DNA of 63,788 bases, filler included, from Hausera hauseri (taxonomy: Eukaryota), in the NCBI GenBank assembly GCA_046269625.1. It is 11 parts of 11 records of this genome, joined end to end, with 100 filler letters (N's around TTAATTAATTAA, not from the genome) between each part and the next. Parts side by side here need not be neighbours in the genome. Positions count along the whole stretch, not along the records: positions 23,397 to 31,200 come from JBJURY010902979.1; positions 31,301 to 36,986 come from JBJURY010206856.1; 9 more parts are not named here. One strand, written 5' to 3'. The position numbers and the translations under genes were made by a program. Shown in pieces: positions 23,942-35,701 of this stretch; the first letter of the stretch is position 1, and every line of letters begins with the position of its first letter. Under the pieces are notes generated by a model. That model did not search any database, was not told the origin of the DNA, and worked only from the letters and a program-made list of their open reading frames with translations.

Positions 23942-26900
23942 GGAACTCGGCTACCCTAAAGTTTACAATCCGCCGTGGCGACGCTGAAGTCTCGGCCACC
24001 CACCCTATGCCATTGGGTCAGACGGCACCGTTCACTGACGCCCCACGACACTCCCCCGGCTACACGACCTCTCTATATTTCCTTTTCGTTTTTTTAAATA
24101 ATAAAAACATTTGCACAAATGCATTAACACACCTAAACACTGCGACTATCTAAAACATCATCTCCACTTTTCTTCGCTCACCTGACTTTTACCTCACACA
24201 CCACTGCCGCACGATACCTTTCGTTGGGGCTCTGCAACTTTCTTTAACTTATATCCACCTCCACATACACTTCCGCATCCGTGGTGGCATGAATTCATTG
24301 CGCACCATAGGTACCACGGAAAAAACCACCACGAAACCAAAATCTGTCATACTACTTCAAAAACCCACTTCTGCTTCCACCAGTAATACTTCACCTACTA
24401 CATCTTCCGCTCCTTTCCCTAATTGCACCGAATTCTTCATTGACAACAAAGGCTGCAGCAAAACTGGGTTGCAAATCCATCAACTCTGACTACATGCAAA
24501 CATTAATACCGACCCTTTAACCAAGGCACACAATCTCGTATTCTTACTCCCTAATAACATTAAAACACGAATTCACAACATCCTTGAAATATTTGAACTT
24601 CCTGACCCATACGCACAGCTCTCCAACGCTGTTCTTAAAATAACAGAACACTCAATGGACACCATCATACAAAGCTTCCTCCACGACAATTCTACATGCA
24701 CACAACGATCATCAGAATTTTTACGCACGTCTTTTGCACATCTGCACACTCTCGGCGTCACTAAAGAACACAACCCCGAACTACTGCGTCATTACTTTCT
24801 TAACGCGTTATCCATCCAAATTTGAGCTATACTTACCGTGGTGGAACACTCCACGGCTCCTGATAAATTGGCCGAATTAGCCGACAAGACACACGATGTT
24901 CTACATTCAAATTCCCCACCAGTCGTTTCGGCGGCAGTTGCCCCTAACGATATTCAAGCCAATCAAATATCAATAGAACAACTCAACAGCCACGTGCTGA
25001 AAATATTGCACTACACGCAGCAATTAACAATATAAACAACAAATTAAATGAACCTTACTTGTCCTACCGAAAGGATTTTGTCGCTGACCGCGCCCATTCT
25101 GCATCTAGAAACCGGTCACCATCGATTGCGTGGCCGTCAATCTTCTATTATCACAGCAGATTCAATAATAATGCCAAGAAATGCTTCATAGGGTGCAAAT
25201 TTTACAACAAAAGTGTTTCTTTAGACACCGTTGTTTTCATTTACCACGTAAAGTTTAAAAATAAAGTCCGTAAATGCATTTCAGGCTGCACTTTAAAACC
25301 AAATACGAACGACGGACGTACTACTTTTCTTCTAATAGTCGTCCTAGTTCACCTTCTCAAAAAAGCTAAATTTGCCGGCATAAGTCAAGGCAAACTCTGG
25401 AAAAGGCACTACTACACCTTCTGCATGCCGACACGCTTTCTTGCTGTCTTTACTCTAAAGGCTGCAATCATCGCTCCTACAACGCAATCCGTTGACTTCC
25501 TCAATGATACAGGTGCAGCGATTTGCTTATTACCACAATCTTTTCCCGTACCAAATTCACCATTTAGAACTAAACCCTTATACATCGCTTCAGGTCAACC
25601 GATGCACATTTCTGGCATGACTAAACTATCTCTTATCTTACCAAATTTCCTTCACCTTTCCACTGGACATTCATGGTTGCTAACGTCCAGACGGCAATTC
25701 TAGGTTCCGATTTTCTATCACATTATAATTTATTGGTTGACTGCAGTCAACGATGTCTGAGGAGCGGCATCACTGGCCGCATTACTGAGCCTGTCAGTAG
25801 CATTTCGAATGCTGTGCAGTCGATCGAGATACGGAGGTCAATTTTGGGAAAATCAATAAATAATTCGAATTTCCATAACAATAATTCAATTCGTAAATTT
25901 TTAAATAATACTACTGATATTCGATCGAGGTTCGATGTGGATAATTGTGGTACTGTCATCAATGTTCATTCACTTGACGAAATTACTTCATCCAACACCA
26001 TTTTCAATTTGACCATCTTACACCAAATACCACTTAATTGCACATCACAAAACAATTTACAAATAGCATCCGCTACTACTCAAGCTGCTTCACCATCATC
26101 ACCGAATCTCTCACAGTTGCCTACAAGTTTACAGCAATTCGTTACCACATCATGTCCACGCGTACTTCAAAAAGATCGTTCGTTTACCTCTACAAACAGC
26201 ACTGTACATCACATAATTACACAGCATAAACGACCAATACGTCAAAAGGTACGACCACTGTCACCTCATTGTAGACAGGCTGTAGAAGCCGAATTTCTCG
26301 AACTAGGAAGCTCCGACATTGTATGCCGTTCTACATCTCCTTGGTCGTCACTTTTACATGTACAAAAAACGGTACTTTTAGACCATGCAGTGACTACCGA
26401 CAGTTGAACAACTTGACCACCATGGATGCCTACCCCTTACCAATCATCAAGGATATCTTTCATCGCCTTAATTCAACTACCATTTACTCGACCATCGATT
26501 TGGCCAAAGCATAGCACCAAATACAGGTGGCACCCGAAGACATAGAAAAAACTGCTGTCACTACTCCTTTTGGCCTCTACGAGTACCTGTTTATGCCTTT
26601 CGGTTTGCGAAATGTCGCACAGACCTTTCAGCGACATATTGATTTAATTCTCTCAGATTTCCCGTTTGCGCACCCTTACATTGATGATATTCTGATCGTT
26701 TCCTCTTCGATAAAACAACACGAGGAACACCTTTGCGCAATATTCCAACGCCTTCACCACTATAATCGTCAAGTCAATTTCGACAAATGCCATTTTACAA
26801 AAAAACGCATCAACTTTTTAGGCCATGTTATTTAGCCAGACGGTTACTCTCCTCAACCAGACCGAGCTGAAGCCCTTAAAAGTATCCAGTTACCACGTAC

Positions 26901-29322
26901 GACCACCAAAATGAGCAGCTTCCTTGGTACACTACACTTTGTACATAAATATGTACCATATTGCTCTGAATTGACAGCACGATTTGCACACTTAAGCGGC
27001 GGCAAAAAACATCAGCCAATCCAGTGGACACCTGAGTTGGTAGACAAATTTGATAAGCAACGCGAAGGAATTAAGACCGTCAACATTCTCGCTTTCCTCA
27101 AGCCTGATGAGTAACTCATCCTTACTACAGACGCTTCAACCACTGCAGTAGGTGTTTTAATCCACCAGATCTACAAAGGAGAAAATCAACCTCTAAAATT
27201 TTTCTCTCTCAAGTTAACATCCCCTAAAACCAGATATTCAACGTTCGACCGATAGTTACTGGCCATCGTTCTTGCTTTAAAGCATTTCTCCTACCTACTT
27301 GTCGCTCGCCATTTTACTATACAAACCGATCACAAGCCCTTTCTTAACATTACTGCTATGAAACATCCTTCATACTTGTCGACATTTAACTTCGACATGA
27401 AACATATTAACGGGGTAATAATTTGGTTGACAACTTTTTATCTAGGTCGGTTAGTTCGATTAATTTTTCACAGATTTTTACGTAAGCTCAACTTCAGCAG
27501 AACCAGCCACGTCAAGACATGCTTAATTCTTTCAAGTCTTGCACAATTGTTGACGGCGTGGCTTTAGAAACTTCCAAACCAGGGCATTCCTTAATAATCC
27601 TTGCACCACCGTTGTAAAGGCAAGCATTTAATAGCGTACATTCGTTACACCACCCTGGTGCTGAAGCCACTTTTCGTTTACTCCATCGAAAAGTAATTTG
27701 GCCATCAATGCGGTCTGATGTAAAGGCATGGGTTAAGGAGTGTGTGGCATGCCAAAAATAGAAAACAACTATGCATTTAAAGCCATGACTGTTCTACTTT
27801 CCATGAACATCGCGTTTCGAATTCGTTCATATCGGCATCGTTGGCCCTCTCCATCCAGACAACAGTCATCAATTCATCCGCACCTTGATAAACCGTTCCT
27901 CGCGATGACCAGAAGCCATCCCTCTGCGGAGCACAAACACCGATACCATAGCTGACGTTTACATTCGCACATGGATTAGCAGGTTTGGATCACCTCGCTT
28001 CATCATCACGGACCAGGGTCCACAGTTTGAATCCAACCTATTCAAATCCCTTGCTAACCGATTGGGGATCCATCACATACATATCACGCCTTACCATTTC
28101 CAATGGAATATCCTCCTAGAACGCTTTCATCGAACATTAGAAACGTTACCAAGAATCCTTGCAGAGTCCAACACTGGTTGGACGAACCTTCTTCCGTTTG
28201 TTCTTCTTGGCTAGGCGAACACTCGGTCTACTTCTACGGGATGCTCACCTACGGAAGCCTTATTCGGAGCTCCTGTACGATCATTGTTCAAACAAACTGT
28301 CCTAGACAACACTCCTACAGATGAAACGATACGGGTGGCGCAAAATCACTTCGTTACAGTCAACAAAGATTCGTTCTGCAGAATATTTCACAAAGACAAA
28401 ACATATTTACCCGAAGATTTGAATTCGGAAAAATTCGTATGGTTAAAAATCAGACGCCGTGCAGTTTTCAGCCGCGGTATCTGGGGCCCTATAAACTGAT
28501 ACAGCTGCCTTCACATAATTGTATTACCTCTAAAGATGGCAAACAACTTACGGTACATGTTACCAACCTAAAGCCCGCCTTATTTGTCCACGATACTTCA
28601 CCAATCGACACGTCAACCTCTTTTCTCACTCCTACACTTCCTGCTGTTCCTCTATCCTTTACTACACATGCTCCATCTCCTCCTTTTGCTCCCAGTTCTG
28701 CATCGTCATTTTCCATGCCTTTACTTCTATTCCTATCTCTCTTTTTATCTCTACCACTACCCTTGTTTCATTTTCTACTTCTACTTTTTCGCCTAACACA
28801 ATTCCAATTTATACTTCAATTTTCGTCTTTTCTTCATCTGCCACTACACCTTTTGTCAGTCCTTTGTCTTCTAACACTCTCTTGAACACCTTCGACCGTC
28901 CATATCCAACAATCTCTCTTCCTTTTTCACCTTCTTTCTCTCTTCATTCTGACTTGTCTTTGCAAGGCACAACACTCACAACAAAATCTGACGATTTTCC
29001 CCAACTTCAAATTTTTCAAGCAAGCACTTCGCATAAAGACAAAACACGCAGAGTTACATTTAGCAAGTATAGCAGGGAAAAATCATTAGAAGGCACCCAA
29101 CGTCTTGTTCACACTAAGACCAGCTGACACAGACACTTTTTCGTTTCGCGAGTTTTTCTTTCTGCCTCTTTTACCCCCTGTAGTTTTCACTTTACCGCAG
29201 GGTGATGTGGTTCCCAGAGCGGCCGGTTCCCTTTGGCCCATTTGGTTGGGCACTGCCGGGCTTCCGTTGCCGCCGCGTCGGACCTATAGTTGGGCCCGAT
29301 TCCTCGCCTCAAAAATTCTACA
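23942..29322 (+). mobile_element. CsRn1-type Ty3/Gypsy element, copy 2, near full length (Ubl-gag, PR, RT, RNase H, IN, 3' LTR), decayed
   Basis: YYHSRFNNNAKKC..GC knuckles; PR FLNDTGA; RT MPFGLRN and YIDD; RNase H TTDAS, FDR*LLA, TDHKP; IN ITDQGPQFES and YLGPYK; TGTGGT LTR start at 29206. No 5' LTR seen. Confidence 0.92.
24076..24288 (+). other. Ubiquitin-like domain fused to Gypsy Gag (copy 2), one in-frame stop
   Basis: YFLFVFLNNKNICTNALTHLNTATI*NIISTFLRSPDFYLTHHCRTIPFVGALQLSLTYIHLHIHFRIRGG|MNSL, in frame with the ORF at 24289. Confidence 0.65.
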
Positions 29323-30516
29323 AGAACTTCAACAAATGTATCAAGTACATCAAAACCAATACCAATATCTACAGTCAAACCAACAACAATGTAAGATTAC
29401 TTGAAAGTCACACCTACACTTTGATTAAGCTGTGCTATGAGGCGAACGGATACGAGTAATGATAAATCTGTATCCCATTTAGAAGAAATTTCTTGTGTCT
29501 AGTCCATCAACACGTCTTCATTTAGAAATAGCTTAAATTTCAGAACACACATCAAATCAGATGTAGACTTTAACTGTTTTTGTAACTCTATGTCCCATTT
29601 CAAAGCTTTACACGATTCTTCTAATACTCATATCAGCTGTCTTCTCGAATCAGGTACTGGAAGTTCTTTTAGCTCAAACGATGTCAATCGTGGGATTAGT
29701 TGTACCGCATTGGGCTCCAGTAGTAATGTCAATTCTGAATTATCATTTCCAAGCAATCACTCCAGTCATTGCTTCCGACATAACTGTCACGATTTGCCAC
29801 CAGTAACTGAAGAAGATGATTCAAACTGTTTCATAAACGCTCTCAGTACGGTTAGCGACGAGAAAAAACTTTCAGACCATCTTCCGTGGCATGAATTGGA
29901 TATTAATTGTTCGATTTGCAAATCCGAATCACAAAAACCAATTTCTGACGTGTTAAATTTGATAACGAAATTAGAAGATCTACGATTCCGTCAGAAGTTA
30001 TGCGATCATTTTTAATCAACTCAATAATTTTCCGCATGCAGTTCAGGGAAGCTTTTATATTATACCATAATCTCAAATAGAATTATGTACCATATCGCTG
30101 GTATCATCGGCTCCTTTTCGAATGCTAGGCAACATCAAACATTGTAATAAATTTCATCAGATTGTAACTGCTGCTTACAAAAGGACAGGCAAAGGTACAT
30201 GTGTCAAAAATATACGTTCAATTTGGACGATTTTATCAAAAATGAAAAGAGAATTAAAGAATCTAACCCACATGTTCCACTTATGCGCCAAATTAGATTC
30301 AGTAGATTCTTTGAAAATATATGAAGAATTTCATCAGACCATTGCCAGGTCATCCAGTTTCAAAATTCTGTGATTATTTATCATCGCCAATCAATGATTC
30401 TTCAAATTTGGTGAAATTGAATGTTTTAATGTAATAAAGAATTTTTTCATTTAGTTTACTCTCGAAACAGACAGTCTTGTACTTTGTCCATTATTTTCTC
30501 TTTCAAGTTCGTTAAT

Positions 30517-30777
30517 TCACCGAGCATTAAAGTAATTTGTATCATACAATCCATCAATGTACATTTGATTTAACACAATAATTAGATTTTCTTTTTCTGT
30601 AGAGCTACAATCTGTTGCTGTCATCAATGCTATTGACGCTAAATCTTCTTTAAGTCTAAAATAACCTTCTGCTTTCGCAACCAGTTCACTTTCAAGTACT
30701 TGCCACCGTCGCACCAAGTCTGAAATTGATATTCCATCAAGATTTTGCAATTGCTTTAGTTGATTAACTATTTCCAT
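30517..30777 (-). CDS. Small ORF, probably a Polinton accessory or core-type protein
   Basis: SDLVRRWQVL...ENLIIVLNQMYIDGLY weakly resembles a small conserved Polinton helical domain. It has a TATA box upstream, and its 5' part is duplicated at about 30883-31030. Confidence 0.35.
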   Translation of the reverse strand: MEIVNQLKQLQNLDGISISDLVRRWQVLESELVAKAEGYFRLKEDLASIALMTATDCSSTEKENLIIVLNQMYIDGLYDTNYFNAR

Positions 30778-31323
30778 GATGATGACTATTAATTCCTACG
30801 TGTATTTATAGTTTTTGAATTATTCAGCTGAACAAAACGACGGACCTTATTTATAGAAAGAAAAAAGAAACANNNNNNNNNNATCCAAATTTTGCAATTG
30901 CTTCAGTTGATTAACTATTTCCATGATGATGATGATGAGGATTAATATTATTTCCTACCCGTATTTATAGTTTTTGAATTATTCAACTAACCAATACGGC
31001 GTACCTTATTTAAGAAAACAAAAAAAGAAACAGAGAAATACATTTATTTATTTATTTGCGTAAAATATAGTCAGTACAAAGTCGTAGACATTTTTTGCAA
31101 GCACATTTCGGTCCATGGTCACGATATGGATATATAATGTTGTTAGGTACCATCGCCAGCGAGCTGTTCGATGTTGTTGTTGAATACGTCGTCATTCGCA
31201 NNNNNNNNNNNNNNNNNNNNNNNNNNNNNNNNNNNNNNNNNNNNTTAATTAATTAANNNNNNNNNNNNNNNNNNNNNNNNNNNNNNNNNNNNNNNNNNNN
31301 TTCTATTTAAATTCTCTATTTGT

Positions 31324-31342
31324 TGGTAGCAGAGCGTAGTTT
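31324..31342 (+). promoter_or_regulatory. Primer-binding site complementary to initiator tRNA-Met
   Basis: TGGTAGCAGAGCGTAGTTT matches the complement of the animal tRNAi-Met 3' end (...GCUCUGCUACCA) and lies upstream of the Bel/Pao gag. Confidence 0.75.
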
Positions 31343-31872
31343 GTGTTCTGCACCGTGATCCGCAGGAACAAACCATGCGATGTGATGGTCTTTCGAATCT
31401 TTCATGTCCTCCTCGACGTCGGCTTTATGTCCCTCCGCTATTGTATGTATGGTGCGAGGATCCGTGCTAAGCCCGTAAAGGTTGTAGTGGAAAATCATAC
31501 ATGGAAAATAAATAACCTTGAAGGCGAGGCACCAGTGACGCTTCTAGAGCGATTAAAACTCTGGTTTATGAAAAATGTTGAAAACGACAAAGAAAAAACG
31601 TCTGTTTATGTTATGAAAGACAAGAGGCATGATAATAAAAAATTGAAATGAGGTAATAAAGTGTTTGAGAACAATCATCACGAGGGAATAGAAATTCGAA
31701 AATCGGGAGAAAGAAATCAGAAGGCTTCGGACGATGTTGAAGGTGAGCAACTAGAAGAGAGGGAGAAAAGAGAAGGTATATGAATCTAAAGGAAAAGGTC
31801 AAAATAGGGTGGAACAAAGTAGGAGAAGTAAATGAGAAGATAAACGAAAGATCGATTGCATGAGTTAAAGAA

Positions 31873-32094
31873 ATGGACTCACAGATAATTATAAACTGTA
31901 GCGGTCGAAATTTCGTAGTCAAGTCTACTGATGTCCAGTCACATTGTGAATTGATCGGATTAGTAAGGGAAATCCTGAAAATTAATGACACGTTTATTTT
32001 ATTACATGATGGAAAACCATTACACACAGACGCTCAAGTGAAAAATCTGAAACATGGCTCAACAATCCACGTAATGCTCCGACTAAAGGGTGGG
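31873..32094 (+). other. Ubiquitin-like domain (74 aa) at the Bel/Pao Gag N-terminus
   Basis: MDSQIIINCSGRNFVVK...FILLHDGKPLHTDAQVKNLKHGSTIHVMLRLKGG|SEL, compared with ubiquitin RLIFAGKQL...ESTLHLVLRLRGG. Confidence 0.85.
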
Positions 32095-33009
32095 AGCGAG
32101 TTAACTGAAGAAGAATTAGAAGATAGGTTGTCGAAACGACGTAAATTCATCAATGAATTATCAGCGATTCGAAGGAAGTTGATGGATGTGAACCTGAGTG
32201 ACCAAGAATATGAAGTGTATCATCAAAAATAAGACAAGGATTTTACCGAGCTTCAAGGGGAGCTGTGTATATTAACTACAGCGGCAAGAAAGTTGAGAAA
32301 AAAGGAAAACCTCACACTATTGGAGAATGAGATGGGGAAATTGCATGACCAGAACGAAAAGATCAATGCAATCATCTATTAGAGAAGCTCGAGAGAAAAT
32401 AAAATGATAGTCGCCAGTGGAAGATCGGAAAAAGAAAAAAAGGAGAGGGTGATATTGCTAAAACTGCAAAAGTTAGAATTACCAAAATTTGGAGAAATAA
32501 TAATGGAATACGATAAGTGGAAGAAAACGTTTGATGCGCGCATACAAAAAACCTCGATGTCTGAAATATATAAACAACTGCAGTTGAACCAATGTTTATA
32601 CGGCGAGCCGAAAAAGCCCTTTTGGAAACTTCGACCTATCGGAAGAAGGGTACAAGGCATCCCTAGAAAAACTGGATTCCTACTACGGCGGTGAACAACG
32701 TTGTTATGCAGCGTTCATGGCCGAAGTCAGAAGATTTCGGCCAATAGAGGAGGAAGGTATTAAAAGACTAGATGAATTCGTGGCGTTGCTAGAAGGGATA
32801 ATCGTAAGATTGAGGAATCTATGGACAACGGAAGAGTTTAGTGGTGGGCAATTGTATCAAAGCCTCGTGGAAAAGCTCCCTGAATCAATTGTGCTTCTAT
32901 GGGAAAGGTATGTGATCAAGATACAGTCGGATAGGACAGTTATAGAACTGAAGAATTGGATAGAAATAGAAGCGATGGTCAGGAGGAACACCATAGAGAG
33001 AGTACATGC

Positions 33010-33560
33010 CTCGGCTGTAGTGTTGTTGTTCTCAACATGTTTACATTCATGACCTCGTACGATTTGTTTAGATCGCACTTGACAGTAACGGAAGGTTCTT
33101 GCTGTTGCATCTGCTGCTACTGCTGCTGCTTCTGTTCGGTACTGTTTCGGATGTATTCGTCAAGACCTATGGATGCTGGACGTTTCCTGCTTGTTGAGTT
33201 GATACTGGTTTTTCTTGTCGCCATCACTATTTCCTTTTTAGACCGCTGAAACTGGTTCAAGTTGTCCTTGTGACTGTTGTACAATTGTTCATAGTTGATT
33301 TCATCAACCAACAGCGTCATGCACTCTACTACTACTGTATCGCGAGTATGTGGTGCAATGCATAACTATCATCTTCTTTGCACACGTAAACAAGCCAAGA
33401 TTATGCTTGTGCATCGCATAAAAGTTGGGATATGGACAAGGGGCCAAAATACTACAGCACGTTGGGCACAAATATGAGTCCGTGCCCACGGAGTAATATT
33501 TAGCCATTTGCTGATGGTACTGGTCCTGCTCCACATGTATGCGCGAGACGCAATACATGG
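33010..33560 (-). mobile_element. Polinton fragment homologous to about 11230-11664 (region at or upstream of the PolB N-terminus)
   Basis: Direct DNA similarity, e.g. gatttgtttagatcg, gacgtttcctgcttgtt, gctgaaactggttcaagt and tactactac.gtatcgcg occur in both places. Confidence 0.75.
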
Positions 33561-34572
33561 GATAATTAGTACACTACTGACTGGAAAACAAAATAAAATA
33601 AATGTTTTATATTAAGTTATAAATACTATAAATTGAAATATGACAACTTATTTGTCGGTCTTGAGAAGAAAAGTCTTTTTACTCCCTTATAAACAATGAT
33701 TCTAAACGCTACAACAATAACAACAACTAAAATCACATGGAGCAGTACATTGAAAGCGAGATTAAGAAATGGACCGATGATATTTTGACTGGACATGTGT
33801 TTGATGTTCAGTTTTTGTGTGACCTTGCAGAAACCAGAATAATTAGCCGACGGGAATATATTGAATTAATTGTCAGATCTCTATTCATACAGCGTATCAA
33901 AGATGAAATGAGATGAAAACGACAACGACGGATTAATTTCCTCATTGGACTTGTATTTTCTGCTTCGCTTTGTACTGTAATAAAAAAGTTGATAGAACGT
34001 ATTTAATCCCAAATATATATTATTTTGCTATGTTTGTTTTCGTGAATCAATGTAATTTATTTCGCGTGTCTTTGTTCTTACATTTCAGTATAAATACACG
34101 TGCTTCGTTACGGCATGACATTACGACATGTCCCATTTATCAGAACTCATTAGTTTGTATCACTCCTCCGACGTTCTCCGGAGTCACCTTTACAATCTTG
34201 ATCGACCTTTACATGATGTGCGATACTGTTCGTCCGAAGAAATACTCCGGTGTGTTGAGGAGAATTGGAGGGCATGGGAACCTTATCTACGACATATGAA
34301 ACAGGTTGTTGGTGACATGGACATGATATTCGGTCAGATTTTTGGCACATGGCAGAAATTGGCGGATACCTATCACTGTGTGTCAACAGTCACGTCAAAT
34401 GCAGTTTGAGGAAGATTTTGTTCAAAGCGACCAGATGATGGTGGATTACGTTCCCATGTGGCAATCGGCGGATCAGATCTGCTTTAAGCAATATTTAAAT
34501 ATAACTAATTCCGATGGATTCGTAAATTCTCCTACGGAATTGGTTAACCAATGTGGTTTGTGTGCTCCTAAC

Positions 34573-34675
34573 TGTGGTGCCCACTGCAGCCGGTGCCCTC
34601 TGGCCCATTTGGATACACACAGCCGGGCGTCCGTTGCCGCCGCGTCGGGCTTATAGTCGGGCCAGGTTTTCCTCA
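34573..34675 (+). repeat. Solo or partial LTR of the CsRn1-type Gypsy family
   Basis: TGTGGTGCCCACTGCAGCCGGTGCCC...GCCGCCGCGTCGGGCTTATAGTCGGGCC aligns with 29206-29300 and with the reverse complement of 44410-44526. Confidence 0.8.
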
Positions 34676-35654
34676 TGACCCATACCTTGGAGTACTACGA
34701 TTGTAAATGATCTTGGTGGATCAGGATGGATCTTTGACCCGATGACGGGCATTTTAAGCAGAACAGTTTTCAGTGAATGTGTATCAAATAACAACTGCTC
34801 GGCGGCAATTAGTGTCGTCACTCGACATTGGAATAAAGCTGACGTGAATTTACTGATAAAGCTATTGACAAATTGAAAGCAGAATTGTGTAAAAATGCAC
34901 GGGCATTATAGAGATACTGTCGAATAAATGGAATGTTTTCCCGAAGGTGACCGACGATTGTTGTGACGTAACCGCTCTAATCTCCGACAATTCCAACAAG
35001 TACCTTCGAGATCTGATGATAACAATTGGACACATGATGCTCGATATTGTTTCCACTCGACTTTTCAATTGTTTCTCAAATTCTTCAACGGTATTTGAAC
35101 AAAAAGACGCCGTAATGAGAATAACACAAATTTTCTTGATTTCTTCTTTAGACAATCTCATCGATTGTTCATCCTTAAGTAAACTCTGTTTGATCTGATT
35201 TGCACCAAGAACCGCCTCCGCAGTGCCATATAAAGAATTTGCAATAGCAATAGCTCTAGTATCTGGCAAGAACTTTGGAAAAATCGACCAGCGGCGGACC
35301 CCAGCTTAACTGAGGTGCCTGGTTCAATACTTTTCTATACATGAGGAAAAGATCTGTTGCGAAATTTAAACAGTTTTCCGCAGGATCATCAGATTGCGGT
35401 GAGTGTGCATCATCTCCTTGGCCAAGAACGTCGAAATGTTAAATTGATGCTTCATTGACAGTAAAGTTATTGATCAAATTATTGTGTAGTTCATCATTCA
35501 ATGTCATATTTATTCCCTCAATGTACAAATAGAGATATCGCTCAAAGCAGCAAGAAATTATTCCACTTGCAGGATACTTTCGAATACTTGAGTTCATTTC
35601 AACGAAAATAAAAACAAAGTTTCGTTTAATTCCGATTATTTCATCATTCATCAA
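34676..35654 (-). pseudogene. VPS53: VPS53 (GARP complex) internal fragment, intronless, with deletions and frameshifts
   Basis: GIISCCFERYLYLYIE; ATDLFLMYRKVLNQAPQLS; SLLKDE...EEIKKICVILITASFCSNTVEEFEKQLKSRV; AAEQL; DTHSLKTVLLKMP...SFTIVVLQGM. Confidence 0.8.
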
Positions 35655-35701
35655 GAAACCAAAATAACCGATATTAACATGAATGGAAGATTGTTAGCAT
35701 T

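Larger units (their letters stand above)
31324..33010 (+). mobile_element. Bel/Pao LTR retrotransposon 5' part: PBS, leader, Ubl-coiled coil-DUF1759 gag, truncated
   Basis: KLQKLELPKFGE...WKKTFDARI...KQLQLNQCLYGEP (DUF1759-type), LDEFVALLEGII, VEKLPE. ORFs at 31873 and 32404 share one frame across two stops. Confidence 0.85.

Noticed and set aside
28439-28885. Leu/Phe-rich membrane-protein-like ORFs here and at 44927..45229
   Set aside because: They are alternative frames of the C/T-rich low-complexity integrase tail.
29220-29310. HDV-like ribozyme in the GC-rich LTR (GGC-UUCCGUU-GCC resembles P3/L3)
   Set aside because: L3 lacks the conserved G position, P1 is imperfect across copies, and there is no convincing J4/2 or P2.
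29590-30373. Possible RhoGEF DH-domain pseudogene (LGNIKHCNKFHQ)
   Set aside because: A single short motif is not enough to call it.
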